Of a stretch of DNA of 64,000 nt, positions 49,111 to 63,564 are shown piece by piece (the stretch's first letter is position 1; every line of letters starts with the position of its first letter). Source of the stretch: Nemertoderma westbladi. Lineage: Eukaryota; Animalia; Xenacoelomorpha. A program made the translations under genes and the position numbers. Where the stretch lies: positions 48,252 to 112,251 of the forward strand of contig JAUCBJ010008691.1 of the NCBI GenBank assembly GCA_032718475.1, written 5' to 3'. The notes below the pieces were generated by a model, which searched no databases, had not been told where the DNA came from, and saw only the letters and a program-made list of their open reading frames with translations.

Positions 49111-50497
49111 AATCTGGTTGTTCACACCCCTTAGTGCTTGGAACTATACTTGCTAAACTAGTTGAACACAATAAATTCATCCGATTCAAATGCTTTAGGC
49201 ACTTTCTGACTCCGTTCCGTAACGTTTATAGTCAGTTTAAAGACCGCGCATTGACCAAACTCAGCTTGAGAGATTCCGCCACTGAGAAGTTGGATAGCAC
49301 TGGATTTGCCATTTTTAATGACGTTTGCGTACAAAATCTACATTCATCTGTCATGCAAAGACCCAGAATCCCCACAGGATACTTTATTGTGGAAGTTCAA
49401 ACGATGGGTTCCCTAGAGATAATGGCTACATCCATCAAAGCTCTGCAAGTTGAAGAAGGACCAATTTGCTTAGAATCTGAAGAAATTCAACCCATAACAC
49501 CCCGGAGTAGTGATAATGATTATGTGTTGGAATGGTATCAAGGTCCACAACATCTCACGGCATATGATTATTGGCATGCCAATTACATTTCTAGGAAACG
49601 TTGCCGATCCAGGCATCACGGGACCACTTTACCCCAGTGGACTCCAGCTCCTACTTTAAAGATCAACCTATTATGGAGATTTATTGTGCTTATTGTAGAC
49701 TCAACAATCTACACATTTTCGCAGCCTGTCCTCAATTTATGACTCAATGTCACCACTGTCAGTTCAAAGGACATGCAAGTTTCAATTGCCCTTTCAACCG
49801 ATATCTAGAAAGCGTAGACGAAATAGTTACCTTACGTTACATCAGATCTTGGGAAGCTAATGCGGATCTCCATTGCGAATCACGTCACCGATACTATACA
49901 GGACGTGCATATGAAGGAGTCTATGTGTTTCACCCATACCTCTTTGCCTCCGTTGAACAAAAATCTCGCACCCCCAGTTACAAACTGATGAAGCGTGTTG
50001 GCGAGAATATTTCAACCAAATACGTTCGCAAATATCTTAGGAATATTAATCCCAATAACCCGAATTCCTATAACTTGATCAACTTCATCCGCCAAGATCC
50101 GGAATACGGCGACTTGTTCATAAACTCGCATCCAGAGCTACAAGAAGTTCATAGACGACCATATGAATATAAAGCCAGAGAACGCGAATAAAAGAGAACA
50201 ATCAACCCGAGGAAATTTCTCACTACACCGGTCAACCTACCGCTGTCATGTAAACGTCCCATCAAGGACCAGTCAGAGCTGCCGTCCTGAAACGAGCTCT
50301 AAAGGTTGTTCGCCCTCGATCCACTGATGTCGACATCGATCAACTGGGTACCTCGACCGGCGGGTACACCGATCGTAATCCAAAAAAACCTTCTGATGCA
50401 AATCGTATTGCACCCTTCCCCCAGGAGTTATAGCCCTCCTAGTAAAGTGGCTTACCCCAAAGAGAAAAAGTCTTGTACTAGTCTTAAAAAACTTCAT
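49111..50497 (+). pseudogene. 3' part of degenerate ORF3 homolog (family B) with zinc knuckles
   Basis: HPLVLG...FRHFLTPF...GFAIFNDV aligns with ORF3 HPLCLG...FRRFLEPF...GFSIFRDV. CAYC...H...CPQFMTQCHHCQFKGHASFNC aligns with CGWC...H...CWRFMAQCTYCNIKGHRASEC. Frameshifted. Confidence 0.85.
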
Positions 50498-51440
50498 AAA
50501 GGCTTATAATTATACAACTACGTGTCTGTCAAAAAACCCAGAGTTGGAATGACGAAATCTACCAGCTGTTCCTTTGTGTGAGGAATGTACTTTGTTGATA
50601 TATATTTCAGCCAATCAGAGCGATCTCCCTTCCTCTGTTGTCAGTGGCCTATGAGAGATGACGCAATGCGGCAGTTTCCGAAAATTCATTTTTACTCAGA
50701 ATTCATTCGGACATTCTGACTTTCATACTTTGCCCTAACATCAGTGGCATAGAGTCATAGGAATGCAAATCTATTAACATACCACATCACATCGAGACAC
50801 TGCAATTCATACATATCAAACTATTCATACTCATTTCACCACACTGCTTTCTAATATACTGTTTTATACTATTGTTAATCGTTGTTTATATTAATGGATG
50901 TTATATCTGGAGAATACTGATGAATAATCGTAAAACCCCCCTTGACTTTCTTAATTACTGAGGTAAGCAGAAGGGTGTATCAGTAGCAATTGTGGCTCAA
51001 TTTATAGTGGTTTGTGTGAATTAAATGCTATTTCATAATCCCAACGTATGTGAGTTGCAATCCTCCTTATATATGATCAAAATCAGTGACAAGAGTCGGC
51101 AAATCAGTGTGCATTTAGTGTGAATATTAGTGAATAAAGATAGTGTGAAGGTTAATAAAGCATTCCTAAAGGATGCGCCATTTGCGTTATTTTATTGCCA
51201 CTAGTTGTGATTAGTGTTAGTCATAACTATGTTTGATACTTAGAGCGCCACGTCCCAAAGGAACTGTTAATATTTTCCCGAAAGTAAATATAATTGTCGG
51301 AGATTATATAGTAGTGATCAATCTAATAATACAAAGTAGCCTACTGCAATAACTTTTCTAGAACCGAGTCCAGTCTCCCACACCCGTGGGTCATATGCCG
51401 CGCTAGACTGGTTTCAGCTGATGTCAATTAGTACGGGCTA
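50498..51440 (+). repeat. LTR family B, 3' LTR (5' end deleted)
   Basis: Homologous to 5690-6590. Confidence 0.8.
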
Positions 51441-51449
51441 TAGTCGATT

Positions 51450-54400
51450 CACTACTACTACTACTAGGTCGAGCAAACTCGGACAGTGGAAATGGGATCC
51501 TTCCAGGCTTCCCGATTCTCCATAGTTGTCGCAATTTCGTTTCTCCCAAGTTCAGCACCCCTTTCAAGTTGATCTATATATGTTATGGCCGGTCGGACTT
51601 CGCTTTCCATGAGTTGGTTGCCAGAAAAGTAGATCTGGTATGACCTCGTCTTTACTTCGCCAGCAGTGCCCACTGAATCTTAATCTGCGTTCACGGAGGG
51701 TGGTTGATACAGGTGGAACTGTACCATAAAGATCGGCGTTTGTCATGTGTTGTCTCCAGCTGATGTTTAGGGCTGCCCTTAGTAGTCTTGTGTAGCAACC
51801 CTCGATTCGTTGTTCAAGTGATTTAGTCAGTGTCAGCCCAGTATAAAAATACATTTTCCACTGTGGCTCGAAAGAACTTAGTCTTCAGGTGCCTGGAGAG
51901 ATCTGATTTCCAGATGGTATCCATTTTTGATAGAGCTACCCAAGCCTTTGCTTTCTTAACTTCTATGTCCTTTTTGCTACTCTCTATCAATGATTCAAGG
52001 TACAGGAAGTCGTCAACCTTCCTTAGTTGATTATTGTCAATGGTTGTCAAGTTTCCATCAACATTAAAGGTCATGAATTCGGTCTTGGTAGCATTTATAT
52101 GCAATCCAACCTCCTTAGCAGCCCTCTCCACTTTATTTAGTAGAAGCTGTGCATCTGTCGGGGTAGTAGAGAGCATGGCGATGTTATCTGCAAAGTCGGT
52201 GTCTGTGACTGTAGTTGCCGGATATCTACTACTTCTGAGTTCTTGAAGTGTGAATCCCAGGTCTTCTCCCTTTGTGGCTGTCCTCATTGCGTAATCCAGC
52301 ATAATTACGAATAGTAATGGTGCTAATGTGTCACCTTGCAGTACCCCAGACAGGATTGAGAAAAACTCAATTTCACCATCTGGTGAGAGTACCTGCGCTT
52401 CTGCGTCACAATATAACATTCCAATGCCAGCAACAATTAATTCTGGTATTCCATAAGCTCTTAGGATTTCAAGCATTTTGCCTCTATGGATGGAGTCGAA
52501 TGCCTTCTTGAAGTTCACAAAAGTTATGACTGCGGGGAGATTCTTTGACTTAATTCCTGCAATCAGTCTCCGTAGTGCAAGTATCTGAGCTATTGTTGAT
52601 CTACTTGGTCGAAATCCGTTTTGGCTCTTACGCAGTAGTTTTTATATGTGAGGCCTAATCCTATATAGAAACATTTTATTAAATATTTTGGCAGCTACCA
52701 CAAGCAGACAGATTCCACGATAGTTTGTTGGTATACCGAGGTCTCCTTTCTTGGGGAGAGGCTTTAGTTGACCTTTAGTCCGAATTGGTGGTGGCTTTTC
52801 CCCTTTTAACATCCGGTTGCAAACATTAAATAATGGTCTGTTTAGCACTCATGTTTTCCATACCTCCACTGGGATTTCATCTAATCCACTTGCTTTATTA
52901 TTGGACATGCTTTTAATGCTTCTTTGGAGTTCAGCAGGTGTGAAGTCCCCTGTTTCTATAGGTAGTATCTTGTCATATATTTTCCTTGTAGGGCTGACCT
53001 CGATGTTTGGTGGCTGCCCAAGCAAGCTGCTGAAGTGATTTTTCCACTTCCCAACACGTTCTTCAGGACTATCGGCTTTGAGGCGCCCCTTTGCACAACT
53101 TTTCCGACCAGATACCTAATTTACAGTTTGCCAGGTAAGTCTTGATTGTTGCTGTATGTGAGCAGTTGTAATTGCTTCAGTTTTATCCTGTATGTACTTT
53201 TCCTGGCTGATGTTGTAGGCCAATTTAAGATCGTCCTTAGCTTTCTCAACCTTGTTAATGTTTTCAGTTGTTGGTTGTTTGGTTTTAACTTTGTAGGCTA
53301 TCTTAAGATCTTCTCTCTTACAAGTAACCTCAGAGTTTTGCCATGGCACATACTGTTTTCGTTTGGGTTTCTGGGGGATATGCCTCTTAGCTGATTCCTT
53401 GTGGGCTGCTATTATATTCTGGTATATTGAATCGGTGGATTGGTCTTCATCCATTGACTGAAGTGCTTCAAAGCGGTTTCGAACTTCTACTGTATAAGCA
53501 TCCTTTACAGCATTGTCAGTTCTGAGTTTCTCCCAGTCATAGTTGATTTGCTTGCTTGTTCTGGGTTTGCTGGCTCTCAAACTGAGTCTTGTCTATGCAG
53601 TAACAATTCTGTGGTCCGAACCAATTAGGTTGAACGAGCTGTATGCCTCGCAGTTGATCATGCTGTTTCTCCACTTTTTGTTTATAAGGATGTAATCCAG
53701 TTGTGCTTTGGTTCCATTAGGGTATTGAAAGGTCCATAGCTTCCCCTTACTCTTTTCGAATGTGTTGTTTGTTGGTATCAATTCACATTCTTCCATTAGG
53801 TCTAAGTACCCATTTCTGTTAGAACTGGTGTTATAGGTGTAACCCTTGATGTCTTCTGGGCCAATTTGCGCATTCAGGTCACCAGCAATGACTTTAACAT
53901 TGTGTCTCGGAATGTCCTTTATAAGTCCAATCAGTTCTTCATAAAACTTGACAGCTTGTTCTGGCTCTGAGGCATTGGTTGGACTGTAGCAACATATAAC
54001 TGTTGCCTTGGGATTCCCATCAAATGTTGCGATCATAACCCTGGAATTTATAGATTCGATGTTGTTTAGGGTCTTAAGGCCTTGGGCTTGGGCCTTGGGC
54101 TTAGCAGAATTCCTACTCCACCAATTGATGCATTGGCCGAGTTTCTTACTGCTGAGCTTGTTACTAACGTCCATCCATTTCCAATGTCATTGTACTTCAT
54201 GGCAGTGTCTTCATGACAAATCCGATGTTCTTGGATGCAGATGATGTCGATGTTATATTCCATTGCCAGAGCGACCATGTCACCCTATTTGGTATGTGCT
54301 TTCAGCGTGCATGCGTTCATTGTAGCAATCTTTAGTGTCTTTTTACATTTCAACAGGTTGGTTCTTCTTTCATCTCTGTCTTCTGTTCCAGTAGCCAATT

Positions 54401-54450
54401 TATCGACTCCAGCCTGGTGTACCACTGAGGGACGCAGTCCTTGTTAACGT
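51450..54450 (-). mobile_element. Near full-length degenerate RTE-clade LINE (APE + RT)
   Basis: IICIQEHR, GDLNA, QLDYIL, SDHR, NYRGICL, FKKAFDS, GVLQGDTLAP, FADN; (TAG)n 3' tail at 51450-51466. Confidence 0.92.
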
Positions 54451-55600
54451 CTATCCATTTCCATGTCATTGTACTTCATGGCAGTGTTGTAAAAGCTTTT
54501 GCGGACATAACAAGTCATTTTTACGCAATGCGCTGAATACTCTAAAAAGGCCTAAAATTGTTCAACTGTGCGTCGGTCAGAAATTAGAACCTAGATGACG
54601 AAAACTGTCAGCTGATTCTTTGTGTACGTGGAGATTCCTTTGTTTGAGCCTATTCAGCCAATCAGAGCAATCTTTCAAGTTATGCCAATAGAGACCTACC
54701 TGTGGAAATTGGCGCATGCGCAAATATAGTTTTTCTGAGAATCCAATTCCTCTCAGGATTCTGTACTAAGTACGGACGTTTCAAACTTTAGCCCAAGAAC
54801 ATCTGATGGCTGGAGTTATAAGAACATAAATCTATTAACGGACATACTGGACAACTGGACATACTTAAGTAACACTCTTATAACACATACTGACTGTTCA
54901 CCGCACTGTTTTAATGTTGTTTTATTTTGTTGTTAATTGCTGTTTATATTAATGGATGTTATATTTGGAGAATACCAATAAATAATCGTAAACCCTTCAA
55001 CTTTCTTAATTACTGAAGTAAGCAGAAGGGTCTACCGGTAGCAACTGCGACTCAAATTATAGTGGTTTTTGTGGGAATTAAATGCTATTTCATAATCCCT
55101 ACGTGTGTCAGTTGCAATCCTCCATATACAATAAAAATCAGTGACGGTCGGCAATTTAGTGTGAATTAGTGTGAAGTCGTGTGAAGGTTAACAAAGCATC
55201 TCCTAAAGAATGCGCTATTTACGAGATTCTGTAGCCATCTAGTTGTGATTAGTATAAGTCATAACTCTGTTTTATACTTAAAGCGCCACATCCCAAAGGA
55301 ACTGTTAATATTTCCCCGAAAGTAAATATAGTTGTCGGAGATTATATAGTAGCAATCAATCGAATAATACAAAGTAGCCTACACCGCAATAACTTTCTCT
55401 GGACCCGAATCCAGTCTCCCACACAGTGGGTCATACGCCGCGCATGGACTGGCTTCGGCGGATGTGAATTCAGTACACCAAGTAATTGGTAAGGGCAAAA
55501 GTCGATTTATAATTAAAGACACTTTTAAATTGGCAGGTTAAACTGCTAAAGGGTCTAAAAGCGCAAACATTAATATATTTAGTTTCTTTTATTGCCCAGT

Positions 55601-57828
55601 GGTATCTGGTCGGAAAAGTTGTGCAAAGGGGCGCCTCAAAGCCGATAGTCCTGAAGAACGTGTTGGGAAGTGGAAAAATCACTTCAGCAACTTGCTTGGG
55701 CAGCCACTGAATTGCCTTGAATAGGCCTTCCAGGATTTGGAAGTCACCGAGAATTAATCGGAAACTTAAGGTCCGATTATTTAGAGCAGCAGTAATTCCA
55801 GTACTCCTCTAAGGGAGTCCATGCTGGGCTCTAACTGCTGAGGACACCAAATCTCTGGATGGCACATTCACAAGAATGCTACGCCGGGTTCATTGTGTCA
55901 AGTACAATGCACACATCTCCAACGAGACACTATATAACATTGGAGGTGTCTCATTGGTTCCCCCAAGTTTGACACTAGAACAAAATCGCCTCCGCTTTGC
56001 AGGACATTGCTTTCGCCGTGAGGACCAGCCAGTGCATAATCTTGTACTTTGGCAGCCTCATGGAGTGAATAAGCATGGTGGACAGCCCATGACTTTCTTG
56101 AGACGCATCTTAAAGGACACTGGCCTTAAAGATGCGGATGATCTAGCAAATGTCATGGGTGATAGGGAGTTGTGGCGGTGCAATTTTGTTGACAAGCCGG
56201 CACAGCATTCTTAAAAATGCAGCTGCAATGCAGCATGCCGATCCTAGTAGTGGGCAGCCACCAAACATCGAGGTTAGCCCTACAAGGAAAATATATGACA
56301 AGACACTACCTATAGAAACAGGGGACTTCACACCTGCCGAACTCCAAAGAAGCATTAAAAGCATGTCCAATAATAAAGCGAGTGGATTAGATGAAATCCC
56401 AGCGGAAGTATGGAAAACCGGAGTGCTAAATAGACCATTATTGAATGTTTGCAACCGGATGTTAGAAGGGGAAAAGCCACCACCAATTTGGACTAAAGGT
56501 CAACTAAAGCCTCTCCCCAAGAAAGGAGACCTCGGCATACCAACAAACTATCGTGGGATCTGTCTGCTTGTGGTAGCTGCCAAAATATACAATAAAATGA
56601 TTCTATATAGGATTAGGCCTCACATAGAGAAACTACTGCGTAAGAGCCAAAATGGATTTCGACCAAGTAGATCAACAATAGCTCAGATACTTGCACTACA
56701 GAGACTAATTGAAGGAATTAAGTCAAAGAATCTCCCCGCAGTCATGACTTTTGTGGACTTCAAGAAGGCATTCGACTCCATCCATAGAGGTAAAATGCTT
56801 GAAATCCTAAGAGCTTACGGAATACCAGAAGTAATTGTTGCTGGCATTGGATTGCTATATTGTGACACAGAAGCGCAGGTACTCTCACCAGATGGTGAAA
56901 CTGAGTTTTTCTCAATTCTGGCTGGCGTACTGCAAGGTGACACATTAGCACGATTACTATTTGTAATTGTGCTGGATTACGCAATGAGGACGGCCACAAA
57001 GGGTGAAGATCTGGGATTCACACTTCAAGAACGCAGCAGTAGTAGATATCCGGCAACTACAGTCACAGACACTGACTTTGCGGATGACATCGCCCTGCTC
57101 TCTAATACGCTAGCAGATGCACAGCTTCTACTAAATAAAGTGGAGAGGGCTGCTAAGGAGGTTGGATTGCATATAAATGCTATCAAGACCGAATTTATGA
57201 CCTTTAATGTTGATGGAAACTTGACAACCATTGATAATAATCAACTAAGGCAGGTCGATAACTTCCTGTACCTTGGATCATGGATAGAGAGTAGCAAAAA
57301 GGACATAGAAGTTAGGAAAGCAAAGGCTTGGGGAGCTCTATCAAAAATGGATACCATCTGGAAATCAGATCTCTCAGGCACCTGAAGACCAAGTTCTTTC
57401 GAGCCACAGTGGAAAGTGTATTTTTATACGGGGGTGAGACCTGGACACTGACTAAATCACTTGAACAACGAATTGATGGTTGCTACACAAGACTACTAAG
57501 GGAAGCCCTAAACATCAGCTGGAGACAACACATGACAAACGCTGAGCTTTATGGTACAATACCACCTGTATCAACCACCCTCCGTGAACGCAGATTAAGA
57601 TTCAGTGGGCACTGCTGGCGAAGTAAAGACAAGATCATACCAAATCTACTTCTCTGGCAACCAACTCATGGAAAGCGTAGTCGTGGACGACCTGCCATAA
57701 CATATATAGATCAACTTGAAAGGGATACTGAACTTGGGAGAAACGAAATTGCGACAACTATGGAGAATCGGGAAGCCTGGAAGGATCTCATTTCCACTGT
57801 CTGAGTTTGCTCATCCTAGTAGTAGTAG
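55601..57828 (+). mobile_element. 5'-truncated RTE LINE (same family as 51450-54450), TSD TATTGCCCAGT
   Basis: TSD at 55590-55600 and 57829-57839; (TAG)n tail; RT motifs FADD, YLGS; one frameshift near 57375. Confidence 0.92.
55708..56250 (+). mobile_element. Second-family RTE 3' fragment nested in the RTE above, TSD TGGGCAGCCAC
   Basis: TSD at 55697-55707 and 56251-56261; RLRFAGHCFR motif; cctagtag tail. Confidence 0.85.
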
Positions 57829-59829
57829 TATTGCCCAGTAGGCAATAAAATCGAAACGTACCGGTCGGATGGTAAACTGTATGCCTGACCCGAACCGGTA
57901 CTTACCCAGTATTATTTCGATTGTGACATATTGTATATTCGTAGGCTGTTTAAAGAGAGTAGGGCTTGTACACCCCTTATTTTTTTAGAGCTTACATATT
58001 TCTGTTGGTTTTATTTACCGGTAAGTTTAATATTGAGCAGAAGGCGTGTATAATAGTTTTGTTGTTGTTTTTTGTTGTTGTTTTGTTGGTATTGTTGTCT
58101 GGTTGTTGTTAGGCCTGAGGTGATTGCAGTGTATGTAGAGTGTCTGTCCGATAAAGTGCTAGTTAGGAAAGTGGAGGCATCCAGTGTTATAAGGTAAACC
58201 CTCCACGAAGGAATAAGTCATACTACGTAGTCTAGAACTCTTACTAACTAACCATTTTGGAGATTGCATATACTGTGGTTTATTTAGGCTTGACAGTAGT
58301 CTGCCAGCATTTGATCTGTGTTTTATTAGAATAGTCTGTACGGGTAGCGTAATATTTATTATTCAGAGTTTATGCAAGTATTTGCAATCTTCATGTCCCC
58401 AACCAAGTTTATTCATTACAGTGATTGTGCTTGTTATGCATACCGTTATAGCTAAATTAACTCCGGTACTACTTCAGGACTGCTTGACGTAGGACAGACT
58501 GGTGATTTTGTGCTCCGGTCACTCCAGCAGACTTTTGGCTGTTCTCGTATATTTAACTGCTGGTTATTTGTTGTATAAGTACTTGTACCTAATTTAGGGT
58601 TTAGGGTACAGTGCTTTCCGAAAGTAATTTAGTGTGTAGGCAGTATATGTGACATGGTATAGTAACATGGTTAATAGGCACGTTAGCTCTGGTTGGCTTC
58701 GGTAATTAACCTCTAGGTAAGGACACTCCGGGTACATAACGTAGTACTTATAGAGCTAAGACTATAAGTCGTCAGACGGTGGTATTTCCTTATCTGGACA
58801 ACGCAACTTACTTACTACTACTTTATTGTTTTCAACTACCATAATTTCCTGTCAGTTTGTAAGAACCAGAAATTCTAACTCCTTGTTAGGCTGGTTTGTA
58901 GATTTCTTGTAAAACTACCCTAACAAATTGTACGTGTAACTTGTTATTGTTTATTTAGAGATTGTAATCTCTACTCGGTGTAATTGTAAGAAATTTGTAG
59001 TGTTAAGTAACTTAGTAAAGTAGAATTATCAGTATTAGTGTCCAACAAGTAGCACTCCACTGAGAGCGTTCAGATTTGTGTAGTGACTCCTTATCCAGAA
59101 ATAATAACATTTATTTCAAATATTGTCAAAACCCATTGTACGGGTATATATATATTTATAAATCAGCTCAAACAGATTTATAAAATAGTAGACATGTTAT
59201 ACATCAATTAGGTCTTAATATCATTTGGACTACTGTTTAATAAGAGTAATAAAGCAAAGGAAAGTAACCCTAAAATTCGGAAATTCAGTTATTATAAAAT
59301 AATTGACATTACAGGTATTTACAGTAGGATTATTATATTTATTTATATAAATTTAGGCTGAAATTATATACCGGTATTCTGTGACTAAACCTAGTCTGTA
59401 AATAATACTTATATATATACTATAAGTGTTTACCGGTATTTTAATATTATATATATATATCACGTTACACTGAGTAACGGTATCGGTAACTAACTACTAG
59501 GCTTACAGTTGATACTAATTCCTAAACTTACTTTGACTTTCATTATAGTAGTAGGCATTCAACTGTAAAATCAATCATGTCTGACACAAAGCAAACACTG
59601 TAGATAGTCTCCTAGAAAGAATGATCTGTGATCCAGATAAGAGTATCGAACATCTGAGACCAAAGTCCAAGTCCCCTCCTACTATAAGAAAGGTCATCCC
59701 TACAGTAGTAGTATCAGACCCTAGGCTAGTAAAGCACCATAGGTCTATTATAGGCACTAGGGCTCAAGTTAAGCGAGACCACCAAAGCATAAAATCTCCA
59801 GTCTTTACCTACGCCGAGCAGCCCTGATG

Positions 59830-62800
59830 TAGTACCGGAGTTAGTTTAACTATAACGGTATGTATAACAAGCACAATTACTGTAGGAATAAACTTGGGGA
59901 ATGAATGTTGCGAATAATAGCATAAACTCTGAATAATAAATATTACGCTACGCGTACAGGCTACTCAAACAAAATGCAGACCAAATACTGACCGACTACT
60001 ATCAAGCCTAAACAAACTACGGTATATGCAGACTCCGAAATGATTAGTTAGTATGCGTTCTAACCTAGTAGTACGACTTATTCTTTCACAGGGGGTTTAC
60101 CTCACAGCACTTGAAGCCCCTACTTTCCTAACTAGCACTTTATCGGACAGATGCTCTACACACACCGAAATCTCCTCAGACCCAACAACAGCCAGACAAC
60201 TATCCAGCCTACAAATTATCTAAATAAGAATTATACGCTACCTGTACAGACTACACAAACAAAGTACAGACCAAACGATGGCAGACTACTATCAAGCCTA
60301 AATAAACTACAGTATATGCAGACTCCGAAATGATTAGTTAGTATGCGTTATAACCTAGTAGTACGACTTATTCTTTCACAGGGGGTTTACCTCACAGCAC
60401 TTGAAGCCCCTACTTTCCCAACTAGCACTTTATCGGACAGATGCTCTACACACACTGCAATCCGTTCAGACTTAACAACAGTTAGACAACAATTAAGCCT
60501 ACAAATTATCTGTACAATCTGAGCAGGCTTACACGCCTTCTGCTCAATATTAGCCTACTAGTAAATAAAACTGACAGAAATAAGTAAAATCTCAATAAAA
60601 AACCAGGGCTGCAGTCCCTGATTAATTATTAAGTATTACCGGTATATAATTATCAAAATCGAATAATACTGCTGTACCTGTACTGCTGTAGGTACCGGTC
60701 CGGGTGATCAGGCAGTTAGGCCTACAGATTACCGGTCGACCGGTACTTTCGACTAGATTGCTTACACCGCAATCTAGAAGCAATATCCGTTATTGTTTGC
60801 GCTTTTAAGACCTTTGACAGTTTAACCTGCCAAATTGGGATGTCTTTTAGATGATAGATAGTCTTTAGCCTATGACGAGTATTTGATACACTACATTAGC
60901 CGAAACCAGTCTATGCGCAATCATTCACCCGCTGGATATACCCGGGAGACTGGATTCGGAAGCTTAACTTGATTGAGGTGCAAGCCTACTGTATTATTCG
61001 ACTGATCGTAATATATATAATCCCTGACAAATATTATTTACTTTCGGGAAATATTATCAGTTCCTTTAGGACGTGGCGCTCTAAATATATAAACAGAGCT
61101 ATGACTTAAACCAGACGCAACGGGATGGCTATAGATTCACGTATATGGCGCATTCTTTAGGAAATGCTTCGTTATCAATCACAATCATACACAATGATGC
61201 ACAATGCTGCACACCAATCTGCCAACCTTCACTAATTTTAGTCACATACAAAGAGAATAACCGACAATACATGTAGGGCCTATAAAATAGCATTAGATTC
61301 ACTTCAAACCACTTAACAGACGTCGCAATCGTTTATATGTAACCGGTCTCTATAACCTTTAGTATATCAAGAAGATTGGGGTGTCTGACTATTGATCAGT
61401 ATTCCAATATAATATTTCATCAACAAATATAATGAATAACAGACAGCAAAAGCAGTAATGTTAAGTAAGATATGTATGATATGTTAAGTTATGGATAGAT
61501 TAGTAAGTAAGAGTTTGATTAGATTAGATAACGGATATACGTTCTATAATTAACCCTATTAAACCCGGGGGGGGGGTCAATATGACCCCCCCCCGTGGTT
61601 TTTTTATTATAATTCTGAAACAAACGCAGTTGGGAATCTGAAATTTTATGACTTTTCCTAAAAATCTATTGTCTTCCTAGTAGTGAAAACCGTTTTCAAA
61701 AATATTGCGTACTTTTCGAGTTATAGCACCATTTTTTAACCCTACTTTTGGCACTTTTTTTGAGACGTTTTTTGAAAATTACATTTCATTAAATATGAAT
61801 TGTAACATCTCTATTTTTGATTTACACCGGTTTTTTGGTGTTAGAAATTGGATGGAATTCATATAAATTGATTTAGAAATTTCAAACTTGTTTTTTTCGA
61901 TGGGTGCCAAATTTTGGTGCCAGCACCAAATTTTGAAATATGTCAATTTTGTTAATTGATTGTTTGAAAATTGTTTTTTACGCAATTGGGATTTTTTGGG
62001 GTTCTGGATTTGATGAAATATATACGAGTTGCACCAAGCGTATCGAACTTGTATTTTTCGGTGCTGTGTGCAAATTTTGGTGCTAGCACGAAATTTTGAA
62101 AATCCATTCAATAGATAAAATTGCTTGTGACAATTTATTTCTTGCGTTTTGGAGGTTTATGGCTGTTCTGAATTCAATGGAATATATAATTATCGAACTA
62201 GACATCTCAAACTTGTATTTTTCGGATGTGGGTGCAAAATGTGGTGCTAGCACCAAATTTTGAAAACCATCAAATATATCAATTGAATGTGTCACCTTGT
62301 TGCTTGCGTTATACGGGTTTGTGATGGTTCTGAATTCAATGGAATCAGTAAAAATTTCATAAGAGTTCTCAAACTTGTATTTTTCGCCAGTGGGTGAAAA
62401 TTGTTGTGCCAGCACCAAATTTTGGAAAATATGCAAATTGATCAGTAGATAGTATCACCTTGTTTCTTGCGTTATACGGGTTTATGAGGGTCCTGAATCC
62501 GATGGAATCAATAAAAACAGCACTGGACATCGCAAACTTGTACTTTTTCGTGATGGGTACGAAATTTGGTGCTAGCACCAAAATTTGCCAATTTACGCCG
62601 AAAAATACAAGTAGCAATGATCTGGCATATTAGAAATGTGTTCCATTAGAATCAGCGCCCTCGAAAACCTGAAAATGTGAATTTATAGCATTGTATAAGT
62701 GAATTAAAAATTTTGTGTTCTAACTGAAAAGTGTTGGTTACTTGTTTTTTTCATTTTTTTCCTACGCAGAGAGGACTAAACAGCCATTTATAGTAATCAT

Positions 62801-63539
62801 ATCATTTTTAAATATTTTCCAATGTATTTTGCACCCCAGAAAACCTGTATTGAAAAATAATTAGCCGAAAATGTAACTTTCAAATTTTGTGAAAATTGTG
62901 CACTACTTGTAATTTTGGTGCTGCAATATAACCACCCCAGTACATTTTTTCGAAATTTTTTTTTTTCGGTCGGATCCAGACAAGTGATACCTACGTACAA
63001 ACAAAAAATCAGACGTTTTCGTAAATATTTGTAGATTTTAGAGGGAGGGGTCAATATGACCCCCCCCCCCCCCCCCGGTATTTGTACAACATTTTATAGC
63101 CCGGTACTAATAGGGTTAAGCCTACTAATGTTAAACTAAAGACTGAAACACGGAGGTTCCACGCCGGTGTTGTGGGCTGTGGAAGAAATCACATACACTG
63201 ACTCAACTCTACGAGTTTCTATCTACCATCTAACACAGAGGCCAAAAAACGCTCTGATTGGTCGACCGAACAAAGAGAGAACAAAGGACAAAGAAATGTT
63301 CTACTGGCAATATCAGCTGTTAGCCGTCGTCATGGTAGCGACACTGTTTTCAAGAGGATCCAGCTTATTGCGTCACAAAATTGCGGATTATGTCCGTTAA
63401 AGTACACATACAGAAGAAATGACTTTTATGTCCTCTAAAACACCAGTACAGTAAGGACACGGCCTTTTTATGCCTGTTAAACCAACTACAGAGTACTTTA
63501 CGGGAAAAATAACCGGCTAATTACGCAAAAGCTTTTACA
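59830..63539 (-). mobile_element. Family-B-related 5' LTR (60794-63539, split by piggyBac insert) plus leader with ~300-bp tandem duplication
   Basis: Ends gcaaaagcttttaca at 63539 and tgtttgcgc at 60794; the leader is the reverse complement of the 57850-58460 type. Confidence 0.75.
61554..63115. mobile_element. Non-autonomous piggyBac element
   Basis: TTAA|CCCTATTA...TAATAGGG|TTAA; subterminal palindromes ggggtcaatatgacccc at both ends; internal ~180-bp degenerate repeats. Confidence 0.9.
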
Positions 63540-63564
63540 CTCGAAGAGGAGCCAAGACACGTCG

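Larger units (their letters stand above)
54488..59435 (+). mobile_element. LTR family B 5' LTR (54488-55569) plus leader, interrupted by RTE insertions
   Basis: TGTAAAAG...GCGCAAACA; leader colinear with 16843-20175. Confidence 0.75.

Noticed and set aside
54488-59429. One long LTR with TSD AGTGT
   Set aside because: The right-hand agtgt is also present in the paralogous copy near 20165, and the solo LTR at 17606-18766 defines the LTR as ~1.1 kb.
61779-63054. ORFs within the piggyBac-like element
   Set aside because: Derived from AT-rich internal repeats; no transposase motifs.
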